Shown here piece after piece: positions 54,163-63,047 of a DNA stretch of 64,000 nucleotides (positions within the stretch are counted from its first letter, which is position 1; each line of letters opens with the position of its first letter). The notes under the pieces are model-generated. The model made no database searches and was not told the DNA's origin. It worked only from the letters and a program-made list of their open reading frames with translations. Source of the DNA: a virus; IMG/VR virus record IMGVR_UViG_3300022903_000002, positions 1 to 64,000 of that record. One strand, 5' to 3'. The position numbers and the translations under genes are program-made.

Positions 54163-55335
54163 ATGGCCGTGATGGTCGAAGTCCGTGACGGTGACCTGAA
54201 CAGTATCGGCCCGCTGACGTGGACGAAGGTTGACCTTACGGCCCGCTACAACGCGGTCGGGGCGTGGTCGATCACCGTCCCGGCTACCGATAAGAACATC
54301 GAGTTGACGAACATCCCGAGCCTGGGTGTGGTCGTGGACTGGAACGGCGTCTATCGGTTCACGGGCCCTATGGAGACGTGGGCACCGTCGAAGTCCCTTG
54401 ACGATGCCGGGCAGGTCACGGACACGATCACCCTTTCCGGTGCCGATGACCTGGCGCTGATCGCGAACCGGACCGCGTACCCGGACCCGGCGTCGTCCTG
54501 GGCGTCACAAACGGTGTCGGGTGAGGACGCCCAGACGGCGGTGCCATGCGAAACCGCCATCAAACACTACGTGAACGTCAACGCAGGCCCGGGCGCTCTC
54601 GCAGCCCGCAGGGCACCGCATCTGACGGTCGCGTCGAGTCTCGGCATGGGCGGCACCGTGTCCTACAGCGCCCGCTTCGCTGACGGCGTCGACCTTGAGC
54701 TGATGGACATCATCCGGCTGCTCATCGCCTCCGGTGGGCCGCTCGGTGTGACGGTCACTCAGCAGGGCGGGTCGCTGGTGTTCGACACCTACGAACCCCG
54801 CGACCTGTCCGAAACCGCCTGGTTTTCGTTCGCGCTCGGGAACCTTCGTGGCGTCGACCTGTCCGATGCGGCGCCGACGATCACCAATGCGCTTGTCCGC
54901 GGCTCGACGACGTTCGTTGAGGTCGCCGGCGCCGGCGCGGGTGATCCGTGGCGGCGTATCGAGACGATCGTCGACCAGTCCAGTTCCACCGACTCAACGG
55001 AGATGACGCAGGCCGGCCAGGACGCCCTCAGCCAGGGCGCGGGCGCGGCACAAATGTCGATCTCGACGGTTGACCTGCCGTTGCTGTCGTTCGGGACTGA
55101 CTACGGGCTGGGGGACACGGTCACGGTCGAGGTCCGAGATGGCGTCACGTACCAGGACATCGTGTCCGCAGTGCAGCTCACCGCGGATGACAGCGGCCAG
55201 AACTACGTGGAGACCGCGACGCCGACGGTTGGCGCGTCGGAGTCCGACATCGGCGATGACCAGACCGCCTCAGCGCAACTCGCAGCGCGAGTCAGGGCGC
55301 TTGAGAAGCAGATCCGACGACTTCAGGCAGGATGA
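54163..55335 (+). CDS. Minor tail protein (siphovirus Gp37-like hub)
   Basis: 'R.N.VG.W', 'YPDP', 'FG.DY.LGD.VTV'. Confidence 0.82.
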   Translation: MAVMVEVRDGDLNSIGPLTWTKVDLTARYNAVGAWSITVPATDKNIELTNIPSLGVVVDWNGVYRFTGPMETWAPSKSLDDAGQVTDTITLSGADDLALIANRTAYPDPASSWASQTVSGEDAQTAVPCETAIKHYVNVNAGPGALAARRAPHLTVASSLGMGGTVSYSARFADGVDLELMDIIRLLIASGGPLGVTVTQQGGSLVFDTYEPRDLSETAWFSFALGNLRGVDLSDAAPTITNALVRGSTTFVEVAGAGAGDPWRRIETIVDQSSSTDSTEMTQAGQDALSQGAGAAQMSISTVDLPLLSFGTDYGLGDTVTVEVRDGVTYQDIVSAVQLTADDSGQNYVETATPTVGASESDIGDDQTASAQLAARVRALEKQIRRLQAG

Positions 55336-56267
55336 GCATGGCCTACGACGAACCGATGCCGACCCCGGACGGCAACACCGTTTCGACGATGACTGACTGG
55401 GAGGCGTACTGGGTCGGTGGTCTCGGCGGAGCGTCTGGTGTCGTCGCGGGGAAGCTCGGGGAGTTGGCCCCGTCGATCAACTCCGGTTCCCGGACGGTGT
55501 CGACCGCGACCGGCGCCGCGTTCGTCAGAGGGTTCTACGTGCAGAACCCGACTACCACCCACACGGCGAGTGTGCCGGCGCAGTCGGTCGGGGATCGCGT
55601 GGACCGTCTGGTTTTGCGGCTCGATCGGACTGCGAGCGTCGCAGCGAATTGGTTGAAGCCCGTGATTTTGCAGGGCTCTTCGGGGTCGTCGACGCCACCG
55701 ACGATGCAGGTGTCCACTGACGGGTCCTACGACGAACCGATCGCACGGTGGACCACGAAAGCGGACGGATCCCTGACGGGCCTCGTTGATGAGCGGCGCA
55801 GGTCCGGCGGCCAGTTCCTCGTGTTCAACTCCGCGGCGAGACCGCCGGCGTCGCCGCCCCGGCAGGGCTACGAACTCGACACCGGCCGTCCCGTATACGC
55901 GGACGGCAGCAACTGGAACTACTACGAAACCGATACCGGCTTCCAGAATGTGGCGATCACCGGGTTCTGGGCGGTCGGCGGGTTCACACCACAGATCCGT
56001 CTGCGGAACGGCTGGGTGTACCTGCGCGGATCTATCGCGCGGACTACGAACACGCTGCAGTCCACGGACACGAATTCACCGATCGGCACGATCCCGACCC
56101 AGTTCCGGCCGGCGGGTACACACAACTGGGCGGCTGTGACGTCGTCGATGGGCCATGTGCGGCTCCAGGTGGACTACAGCACGGGCGCGTTGGCAGTTGT
56201 TGATCTGTCCGCTGACATCACGGTCGGCCGCACGGTGTACCTCGACACGGCATGGATCGCTGGCTGA
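55332..56267 (+). CDS. Minor tail protein
   Basis: 'G.AFVRGF', 'RVDRLVLRLD', C-terminal 'GWVYLRG...IGTIP..FRP'. Confidence 0.78.
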   Translation: MSMAYDEPMPTPDGNTVSTMTDWEAYWVGGLGGASGVVAGKLGELAPSINSGSRTVSTATGAAFVRGFYVQNPTTTHTASVPAQSVGDRVDRLVLRLDRTASVAANWLKPVILQGSSGSSTPPTMQVSTDGSYDEPIARWTTKADGSLTGLVDERRRSGGQFLVFNSAARPPASPPRQGYELDTGRPVYADGSNWNYYETDTGFQNVAITGFWAVGGFTPQIRLRNGWVYLRGSIARTTNTLQSTDTNSPIGTIPTQFRPAGTHNWAAVTSSMGHVRLQVDYSTGALAVVDLSADITVGRTVYLDTAWIAG

Positions 56268-56386
56268 TGCCGCTCCTCGTCAAGCGTCCAGTGCGGCCAG
56301 AGTCCCAGTGGGTGCTGCCACCGATGCCTCCGATCGGCTCGGCCAGCGAAGAATCCGATGACGACCCAGAGCAGGAGACGGTGTGA
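56267..56386 (+). CDS. 39-aa mini-ORF paralogous to parts of Dit (not in ORF track)
   Basis: MPLLVKRP...LPPMPPI...; TGATG and GTGA coupling at both ends. Confidence 0.55.
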   Translation: MPLLVKRPVRPESQWVLPPMPPIGSASEESDDDPEQETV

Positions 56387-56940
56387 GGCACATGTTCGGC
56401 GGCGACTTGGCCGCTTGGTCCACTGATCTGGGTGACGAAGCAACGAGTATCAACGGTCAGGATGGGCGCGTCGCCCTGTTCATCCCCGACGCACCCATCG
56501 AGTTCTGGTCGGCGATCACAGGCGGTACACCGTACACGGATCTCCTCGACAACCTCGGTACGCCGACGACATCGGTTACGACCGACACGAACGGCGAGTT
56601 TCCGCAATTCCAGGGGCCCGATGATGTCTGGTACATGTGGGCGGACGGCTCCGGTGACGGCTCCGGCCCGCGCCGGCTGATCGTCGCCACGGACCTCGCT
56701 GACACGGTCGCGGCGAACAAGGACTCCCTCACGGACCTGATCGGCACTGTCACTGACCTGCAGTCTCTCGTCGCCTCGTCGCTGGGGATCATCGAGTACG
56801 ACAGCGTCGGTGCGGCGTGGCCGGACCGACCTGAGGATTCGCGGATCTACATGTGGGTGGGGCCGACGGCACCGACGGTGGGCGGCACGGGAATGCAGGA
56901 TGGCCGGGACTTCTGGCTCAACCCGGTGCCGGTGAGCTGA
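56383..56940 (+). CDS. Minor tail protein
   Basis: 'RH.FGG', 'FWSA.TGG..YTDL', 'FQGPD.V..MWAD'. Confidence 0.75.
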   Translation: MRHMFGGDLAAWSTDLGDEATSINGQDGRVALFIPDAPIEFWSAITGGTPYTDLLDNLGTPTTSVTTDTNGEFPQFQGPDDVWYMWADGSGDGSGPRRLIVATDLADTVAANKDSLTDLIGTVTDLQSLVASSLGIIEYDSVGAAWPDRPEDSRIYMWVGPTAPTVGGTGMQDGRDFWLNPVPVS

Positions 56941-56941
56941 G

Positions 56942-57880
56942 GTGCCTTACGCACGCCTGTATGCAGCGTCGGGTCTGCGGCTACTGCCGTTGGATGGCGG
57001 CCCGGCAGTCGTTCCGGGCGGGGGAGGTGGGGAAGGGCCGCCGGACAACCCTCCGCCGACTGGGAACCGAAATTCGATGCTGGTCGGTGCTGCCGGGGTC
57101 AACTTGTCCGGCTCGGATTTCCCTGCGCTGGATGCGGCGGCCGGGCCGTTCACGGTCCGCAGGAGCTACGACACGAGCCTCCCTGCGACGTTCGCTGCGA
57201 GTGTCGCTGGGATTGATGTGGGTGTCCGCGCGTCGGTGTGGTCATGTAAGCCCGATCTGGCCCAACTCGCTAGTGGTGCTCTCGACTCAGCGATCCACGC
57301 TTTCGTGACGTCGATCCCGGACACACATGTGGCCTGGCTGACGGTGTGGCACGAACCCGACGGCAAGATCCGCAAAGGCCAGTTCACATTGGCCGCGTAC
57401 CTCCCAGCGTTCAAGCGGTTCTGCGAGGTCGTCAAGAGCGTCGGCAAGGCTCACGTGTATACGACGCAGATCCTCGAAGCGTGGTCAGGGCAGCATCCGG
57501 CGGTCGGGACGACGTATGCGGATCTGTGGCCGGGTGATGGGCTTGTGGACTGCTACGGCGTGGACGGCTACTCCAACACCGGTAGCGGGTCGGCTCTGTG
57601 GGGTCCTGCGGTGACGTTCGCGACGGGCAAGGGGATCCCGTGGGGGATCGCTGAGGTCGGGTGTGCGGGGGCGATGGACACGTCGTGGATGCAGGCGCAG
57701 GCGGACTATGCCGGGACGCATAAGGCTGGTGGGTTGCACACGAAGTGCGCGTACTTCTGCTGGTTCAGCAACACAACCGGTGGTGTCCTCGCGACGCCCG
57801 GCACCGACTCGGCCGCGGTAGCGAAGGCGAAGAGTATCTCGCAGGCCTACTTTACGGACGTAAACAGCTACCTGCTCTGA
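56942..57880 (+). CDS. Tail-associated glycoside hydrolase (GH26-like, clan GH-A)
   Basis: 'WHEP' acid/base, 'WPGD..VD.YGVDGY', 'IAEVG' nucleophile, 'WF'. Confidence 0.75.
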   Translation: MPYARLYAASGLRLLPLDGGPAVVPGGGGGEGPPDNPPPTGNRNSMLVGAAGVNLSGSDFPALDAAAGPFTVRRSYDTSLPATFAASVAGIDVGVRASVWSCKPDLAQLASGALDSAIHAFVTSIPDTHVAWLTVWHEPDGKIRKGQFTLAAYLPAFKRFCEVVKSVGKAHVYTTQILEAWSGQHPAVGTTYADLWPGDGLVDCYGVDGYSNTGSGSALWGPAVTFATGKGIPWGIAEVGCAGAMDTSWMQAQADYAGTHKAGGLHTKCAYFCWFSNTTGGVLATPGTDSAAVAKAKSISQAYFTDVNSYLL

Positions 57881-57956
57881 GCAGCGCCAACGAACAATGC
57901 GGCTAGCGCAAGGTTTGGATCCACGGTTGCCTCCTGGGTGGGGTCGTCCAGGTGGG

Positions 57957-58316
57957 TCAGTTGCGCCCAGTCCGGCGCCGCTCACGCCACGCGGCGCGCT
58001 CGGCAATATTGATTTTTGCGATCCGGTCGGCCTCGACCAGTTGCGGTTGGAACTGGGCCACGATCTGATCGTCGAAACCCAGGCCGTATGCGAGTGTCCT
58101 CATAGTGACGATCGTGCTTATCGATTCCTCGACAGCGACCGGCATGTCGTCAGAGTTCGCCTGCGTGCTCCGGCCGATCTCCACGAGGCGGTTGTATCCC
58201 CCGCACTCCAAGCAAGAGGGCGCGTGGTGCCCAGCGAAGTGCCAAGAGGTCTCGCGGGCCAACGCTTGCCACTGCCGGCTGGTCAGCGTGATTCGGTAGG
58301 ACTCGATCAGTTCCAC
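57957..58316 (-). CDS. Hypothetical protein (moron)
   Basis: GGAG RBS; downstream of Phd-like gene. Confidence 0.55.
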   Translation of the reverse strand: MELIESYRITLTSRQWQALARETSWHFAGHHAPSCLECGGYNRLVEIGRSTQANSDDMPVAVEESISTIVTMRTLAYGLGFDDQIVAQFQPQLVEADRIAKINIAERAAWRERRRTGRN

Positions 58317-58331
58317 AGCGTCTCCATTCGG

Positions 58332-58685
58332 TCAGGCGGCGGTGTAGCCGTCGCCGCGCAGTTCAGTCTCGCGCCCGCGCAGATAGCTGTCAGCATCATC
58401 GCTGCATACGACCGAGTCGTCGCAAACATCACCATCGACCGTGTAGATCTCGCGGACCTCTTCGCCGTTCCGGATGACCTTGACGGCCTCGGTTCCTTCG
58501 TCGGTGGTGCGGGTGTAGGTGGTCTCGGTCACGGCGGTCTCCTTGATGCGGTCGAGGGGGACTATTGCGGCGTATCGCCTGCCGCGTCGGGTCAGGTAGG
58601 TAACGGCCCCTTCGAGGGCGGCATCGTCAACGAGGCTCCCGAGGGTTTTCCGGGCTTCCTCGACTCCGATCTCTTTCTCACTCAC
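58332..58685 (-). CDS. Phd/YefM antitoxin-like domain fused to an acidic domain
   Basis: 'IGVEEARKTLGSLVD.A......YLTRRGRRYAAIVP'. Confidence 0.75.
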   Translation of the reverse strand: MSEKEIGVEEARKTLGSLVDDAALEGAVTYLTRRGRRYAAIVPLDRIKETAVTETTYTRTTDEGTEAVKVIRNGEEVREIYTVDGDVCDDSVVCSDDADSYLRGRETELRGDGYTAA

Positions 58686-58691
58686 AGGCTC

Positions 58692-58714
58692 AACCTTACC
58701 GAACCTTAAGGTTC
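58692..58714. promoter_or_regulatory. Putative operator for the Phd-like gene
   Basis: Perfect 14-bp palindrome GAACCTTAAGGTTC 58701-58714 plus extra AACCTTA half-site. Confidence 0.6.
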
Positions 58715-58772
58715 CTGTCTATCGCTATCGCGCCGCCGTGCGCATTCCTCCGTATCTACCTGAAGGAGCCGC

Positions 58773-59828
58773 ATGGCTATCGCGTTTCGTGCGTCCGCTG
58801 AGGCGCACGTCACCTCCGGGTCACTCACCCTCACGATCCCCGGCGCTGTCCAGGCCGGTGACCTCCTCGTCCTCGTCGGCGGTATGAACAACGCAGGCAA
58901 CGCCGCCTACGACTGGAGTACGCCGTCCGGGTGGACGAAGAAGGATGATCGCAGCGTCGGCTCCAACCTGTACGGCGTCGTCTACGTCAAAACCGCCACC
59001 AGCGGCGACTCCGGCGCCAGCCTCACCCTCGCCTCCAGCAACACCGGCAAGAGCTGCGCGATCATCGCCGCATACTCCGGACTCGACCAATCCGCGCCCG
59101 TCGACGTCATCGCAGGCCTCTCCGAGACGACCTCCACCGTCTCCCACGCCACCCCAACCGTCGCGTCGACACTGGACCAGGACTGGGTGATCATCGCCGC
59201 GGTCCAGTCCAACTCGGTAGCCGAGTCGTGGGGCACCGCATCCGGCTACACGAAACGGCAGGACTCCCTCGACAACACGCTCCCGTCCGGGCACGTCACC
59301 GCGACACTCCAGGACAAAGGACCGGAGTCGGTCGGCACGTATGGGGGAGAGGTCCTCACCGCCGCGTCCGCGTCGTCGAAGGCGGCGATGTGGACGATCG
59401 GGATCTCCCCGCAGCAGTCCACGCAGACCGCGCGCCCCACCTCCGACATCGATATCACCAGCGCAGTCGGCGTCCCAAGCCCTGGGGTCGGCAGCGGCGT
59501 GTACGCGCGCCTCGCCGAGAACACCGACTCCAGCTACGCCGAGATCAGCAACGGCGGCGACGTCGAGGTCGGGTTCGCCTCGCTGATCGATCCGCAGGCC
59601 AGTACCGGGCACACCCTCACCTACCGCGCTTGGTACGCCGGCGGGGCATCGAGCGGCACCCAGACGGTCACGCTGAAACGTGGGTCGACGACGATCGCGT
59701 CGTGGACGGACACTCTCACCGCGAGCCCGCAGACGTTCACCCACACCCTGAACGGGACGCAGGCTGACAGCATCCCGACGGGGGACTACTCCAACCTTCG
59801 GGTCCGGTTCGCGCCGAGCGTGAGCTGA
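58773..59828 (+). CDS. Ser/Thr-rich minor tail/fibre protein
   Basis: 'T.P..VQAGDLLV', 'TPSGWT'; paralog of 27431 N-domain. Confidence 0.75.
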   Translation: MAIAFRASAEAHVTSGSLTLTIPGAVQAGDLLVLVGGMNNAGNAAYDWSTPSGWTKKDDRSVGSNLYGVVYVKTATSGDSGASLTLASSNTGKSCAIIAAYSGLDQSAPVDVIAGLSETTSTVSHATPTVASTLDQDWVIIAAVQSNSVAESWGTASGYTKRQDSLDNTLPSGHVTATLQDKGPESVGTYGGEVLTAASASSKAAMWTIGISPQQSTQTARPTSDIDITSAVGVPSPGVGSGVYARLAENTDSSYAEISNGGDVEVGFASLIDPQASTGHTLTYRAWYAGGASSGTQTVTLKRGSTTIASWTDTLTASPQTFTHTLNGTQADSIPTGDYSNLRVRFAPSVS

Positions 59829-60733
59829 TGGCCCACATCTCCAGCATCACCAAAGTCCAGAACTCCTCCGCGACCGTCGTCACGATCACGCTCACCGCGG
59901 CCGTCTCCGCCGGCCACACGCTGATCGGCGGGATCTGCTGGGAAGCCGCCGCCGGGACGGTCCCGACGATCTCGAGCATCGTCGACTCCCGCAGCAACAC
60001 GTGGACGACCACACCCGATGACAGCGTGGTCGCGGCGACGACACTCGCGGTCGCGGTCATCCGGGCGAGGGTGACGACGGCGCTGCAGGTCGGCGACACG
60101 ATCACCATCACGATCAGCGCCGCCCGTTCCAAATGGGCGATCCAGATCGACGAGTTCGATGATGTCAACGCCTCAAGCCCGAAAGACGTCGTCGCACACA
60201 ACGCGCCAGGGTCCTCTACCTCCCTGGCGTCGGGTACGACAGCGACGACCGCGCAGGCCTACGAACTCCTGTACGCGGTGTTCGGTCTCGGCACGGGCCG
60301 CACGATCACGATCCCGTCAGGCTGGTCCGGCGGCGCGTCTGTTGAGACGACCGGCGGCACCGACCGTGCCCTGCAGGCCGCCTGGAAATACCAGGCCACG
60401 ACCGGCGCGCAGTCGGTGACGTTGACGCTCAACACGGCATCGACCTACGGCGGGGTCATCGCCGCCTACAAAGCGACAAGCCTCGCCCCACCGCTCGGCC
60501 GCGTATCGCAGGTGAAACTGCAGGTGCCGCAGGCGACAGCACCCGCTGTGGGTCGTGTCTCCCAGGTCCGGCTCGCTGTCCCGGTAGGCGCTACCGGCGT
60601 GGTCCGCGTCGCACAGGTCAAACTCCGGGTCCCGACCCTCACCGGCCAGACGCCGTATTCGGGCATCAAAGGCGCGGTCGACGGAGTACTCACCGACTCC
60701 GCGATCTCGACCGCGCAGAACGGAGCGGTGTGA
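59828..60733 (+). CDS. Ser/Thr-rich minor tail/fibre protein
   Basis: Beta-rich; three C-terminal RV(S/A)QV(K/R)L.VP repeats. Confidence 0.72.
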   Translation: MAHISSITKVQNSSATVVTITLTAAVSAGHTLIGGICWEAAAGTVPTISSIVDSRSNTWTTTPDDSVVAATTLAVAVIRARVTTALQVGDTITITISAARSKWAIQIDEFDDVNASSPKDVVAHNAPGSSTSLASGTTATTAQAYELLYAVFGLGTGRTITIPSGWSGGASVETTGGTDRALQAAWKYQATTGAQSVTLTLNTASTYGGVIAAYKATSLAPPLGRVSQVKLQVPQATAPAVGRVSQVRLAVPVGATGVVRVAQVKLRVPTLTGQTPYSGIKGAVDGVLTDSAISTAQNGAV

Positions 60734-61173
60734 TGCGCCACCCCGGCTGGCGGCTCCGTTTCGAAACCAACCCGTTCGGCACCATGGCCGCGTTCGCCGC
60801 AGTCGTCCTCGGCTCCCTCGGCGTGATCCTCGGTGACGGCGTGAGCCAGGGTATGACGCTCAGCTTGCATGCCACCGCGAACGTCACCGCGCACCTGTGG
60901 GGTGCGGCGTTCGCCGTCGGCGGGATCTTGAAGCTGGTCGGCCTCTACGCGGGCCGCACGACCATCGAAACGCCAGGCCTGTGGGCGATGACCGGAGGCT
61001 ATGCCTTCTATTCGATCACCGTCACTCTCGGCCTGGGCATGCACGGCCTGGCCGCAGGGATCATCTCCGGCGCGATGACGATCGGATGCCTGATCAAAAC
61101 CCACATCATCATGGCTCGAGCGAGGCAGGTGACACGCCGCGTCGAGGCGACCGGAGGCGATGAGGAGGCGTGA
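60730..61173 (+). CDS. Four-TM membrane protein (holin candidate)
   Basis: Four hydrophobic helices; in lysis region. Confidence 0.65.
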   Translation: MMRHPGWRLRFETNPFGTMAAFAAVVLGSLGVILGDGVSQGMTLSLHATANVTAHLWGAAFAVGGILKLVGLYAGRTTIETPGLWAMTGGYAFYSITVTLGLGMHGLAAGIISGAMTIGCLIKTHIIMARARQVTRRVEATGGDEEA

Positions 61174-61514
61174 GCGTGCACACATCAGATGTGATCGTCT
61201 CAATCGCTCAGGTCGCCGCAGGAGGCACGATCGTCCAAGGCGTACTGGCGTTCTTCCGCCGCCGTACAGAACTACGGCAGCTCGACACTCAGTCCGACAG
61301 CGTCATCGTCGGGACCGCCGAACACGTCGTGGTTTTGCTGCGGACCGAACTCGACGCCGCGAAGGACGAGATCAAAAAGCTCAAAGCGGATCACGCCAGT
61401 GAACGCGCGGATATGCAGCGTCAACTCACGCGCCTCGGAGACCAGATCTCAACGGTCCGCGCGGAGAACGTGGTGATGAAAGCGGAGATAGAGCGCCTGC
61501 AAAAAGAAGCATGA
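61170..61514 (+). CDS. Membrane-anchored coiled-coil protein
   Basis: N-terminal TM then heptads. Confidence 0.7.
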   Translation: MSVHTSDVIVSIAQVAAGGTIVQGVLAFFRRRTELRQLDTQSDSVIVGTAEHVVVLLRTELDAAKDEIKKLKADHASERADMQRQLTRLGDQISTVRAENVVMKAEIERLQKEA

Positions 61515-61542
61515 CATGCCATTGCTCGGTTAGGGGCTGCTC

Positions 61543-62034
61543 GTGGCTGATCATGTCTGCTCGCTGAAGTACGACCCGGCCGTAGATGGGTCGCAGTCGA
61601 TCCCGGGCGACGGCGCATACCACCTCGTCAGGTTCCCCTACGGGGGTCACGAGTCGTATGACCCGGACAACATGCACGCCCAATCCCGCGGCGGCAGCGA
61701 CCACCCGTTCAGCAGCCAACAGGCCGGGCTGATCTGGCCGGCGCTCCCATCTGGCAGATCAGCGTGGGCCGAGATCAAAGCGATGATCCAGTGGAAGCCA
61801 GGGAACGCGACCGAGTACCGAGACCGGTTCACCCGCGACCCGCTGAACCTGTCGACCGGAGCGGACTCCACCTGCACTGAACACCGTCCACCATCGCCGG
61901 GCATGCAGTGCTTCGCGAAGGCCTGGGCGATGTGGATGTCCCCAGAGACCCCCCTCGGGCTGATGGTCGCCCACAACTCCTCCTCGCCGATCCGGCTTGA
62001 CGTGTGCGAGTTCAAGATCTCCTACCGCACGTAA
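61543..62034 (+). CDS. Hypothetical protein
   Basis: ORF fills gap before endolysin. Confidence 0.65.
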   Translation: MADHVCSLKYDPAVDGSQSIPGDGAYHLVRFPYGGHESYDPDNMHAQSRGGSDHPFSSQQAGLIWPALPSGRSAWAEIKAMIQWKPGNATEYRDRFTRDPLNLSTGADSTCTEHRPPSPGMQCFAKAWAMWMSPETPLGLMVAHNSSSPIRLDVCEFKISYRT

Positions 62035-62054
62035 ACCCCCGAACCATCCCACCG

Positions 62055-62082
62055 AAGCCTCAGGCACCCGCCTGGGGCTTTT
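62055..62082 (+). terminator. Intrinsic terminator-like hairpin
   Basis: AAGCCTCAGGC-ACCC-GCCTGGGGCTT then TT. Confidence 0.55.
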
Positions 62083-62101
62083 CGCATTGAGAGGGGCGAC
62101 C

Positions 62102-62986
62102 ATGCCCGATCAGGACGTCGAAGAGTTCGTTCCGCCGCCGGCAGGGGAGACGGTCCCGCCGCCCGGCCCGTCTGACCGCGGCGCACCCGACCTCCCGGAC
62201 CCGCCCGATGACGGCGTCGAGTACGTCGACCCGCTCGCACACGAGGAGGGGGACCGCCGGAAGCTGACCGCTGCGGCGACAGCACCGACGGGTTCGCAGG
62301 TGCTGGCGTATGCCCGCACATTCAAGGGCGTCGCGGACGGCCGACGGCGGGAGAACGAGAACGACTTCACCCACTGGTACTACGGCAACTCCACCGCCGC
62401 ATCGTTCTGCCTGATCTTCATCTGTTACGTCTTCAACCACTTCGACGTGCTCGTGACGTTCCTGGGCGGGAAGATCGCGTACTGCCCGGACGTGAAGAAG
62501 CGCGTCGGCTCCAAGTTCCACACCACCAGATCCGACATCCGGCCGGGCGACCCGGTCCTGTTCGACTTCAACAACACGAACGAGCCCGAGCATGTCGGCC
62601 TGTTCGTGAAGTGGCTGAACGACTCCCACACCATGTTCGAGTCGTTCGAGGCGAACACGACCGGCGGTGGCAGCAGCGACTGGATTGGCGCCAAGACCCG
62701 CTACTGGTCGGACGTGTTCGGCTACGTCAAGCCTGGTCTCGCCCCGGAGAACCCCAATGCGTACCCCGGCAAGATCTACCGGTATGTCAAGGGTGACCTG
62801 ATGCACGATGACCACATCGAGTGGGCGCAGGGCCGCCTCAACGCGAAGGGCGCATCGCCGAAGCTTGTCGCGGACGGCGTGTACGGCACGAAGACCCGCG
62901 ACGAGGTTAGCGATTTCCAGTCCGCGAACGGACTCACGAAGGACGGGGAAATCGGCCCGAAGACCTGGGCGAAGCTCGGGGCCTAA
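62102..62986 (+). CDS. Endolysin: CHAP domain + peptidoglycan-binding domain
   Basis: 'WYYG.....SFC.IF', 'GD.VLFDF...EHVGL', 'EANT'; C-terminal 'ADGVYG.KT...V..FQ..NGL..DG.IGPKTW'. Confidence 0.88.
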   Translation: MPDQDVEEFVPPPAGETVPPPGPSDRGAPDLPDPPDDGVEYVDPLAHEEGDRRKLTAAATAPTGSQVLAYARTFKGVADGRRRENENDFTHWYYGNSTAASFCLIFICYVFNHFDVLVTFLGGKIAYCPDVKKRVGSKFHTTRSDIRPGDPVLFDFNNTNEPEHVGLFVKWLNDSHTMFESFEANTTGGGSSDWIGAKTRYWSDVFGYVKPGLAPENPNAYPGKIYRYVKGDLMHDDHIEWAQGRLNAKGASPKLVADGVYGTKTRDEVSDFQSANGLTKDGEIGPKTWAKLGA

Positions 62987-63047
62987 CCCCCCGTTTCCTG
63001 CCCTCGCTGATTCCTGCCGGGGGCTTTCGTCGTGTCTGGAGGGCAAT

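Noticed and set aside
53217-56386. Dit/mini-ORF duplication as a DGR template/variable repeat
   Set aside because: No reverse transcriptase in the window; matches are short and differences are not adenine-specific
58701-58714. GAAC...GTTC palindrome as a LexA box
   Set aside because: Spacer is 6 nt rather than 4; better explained as a Phd-type operator
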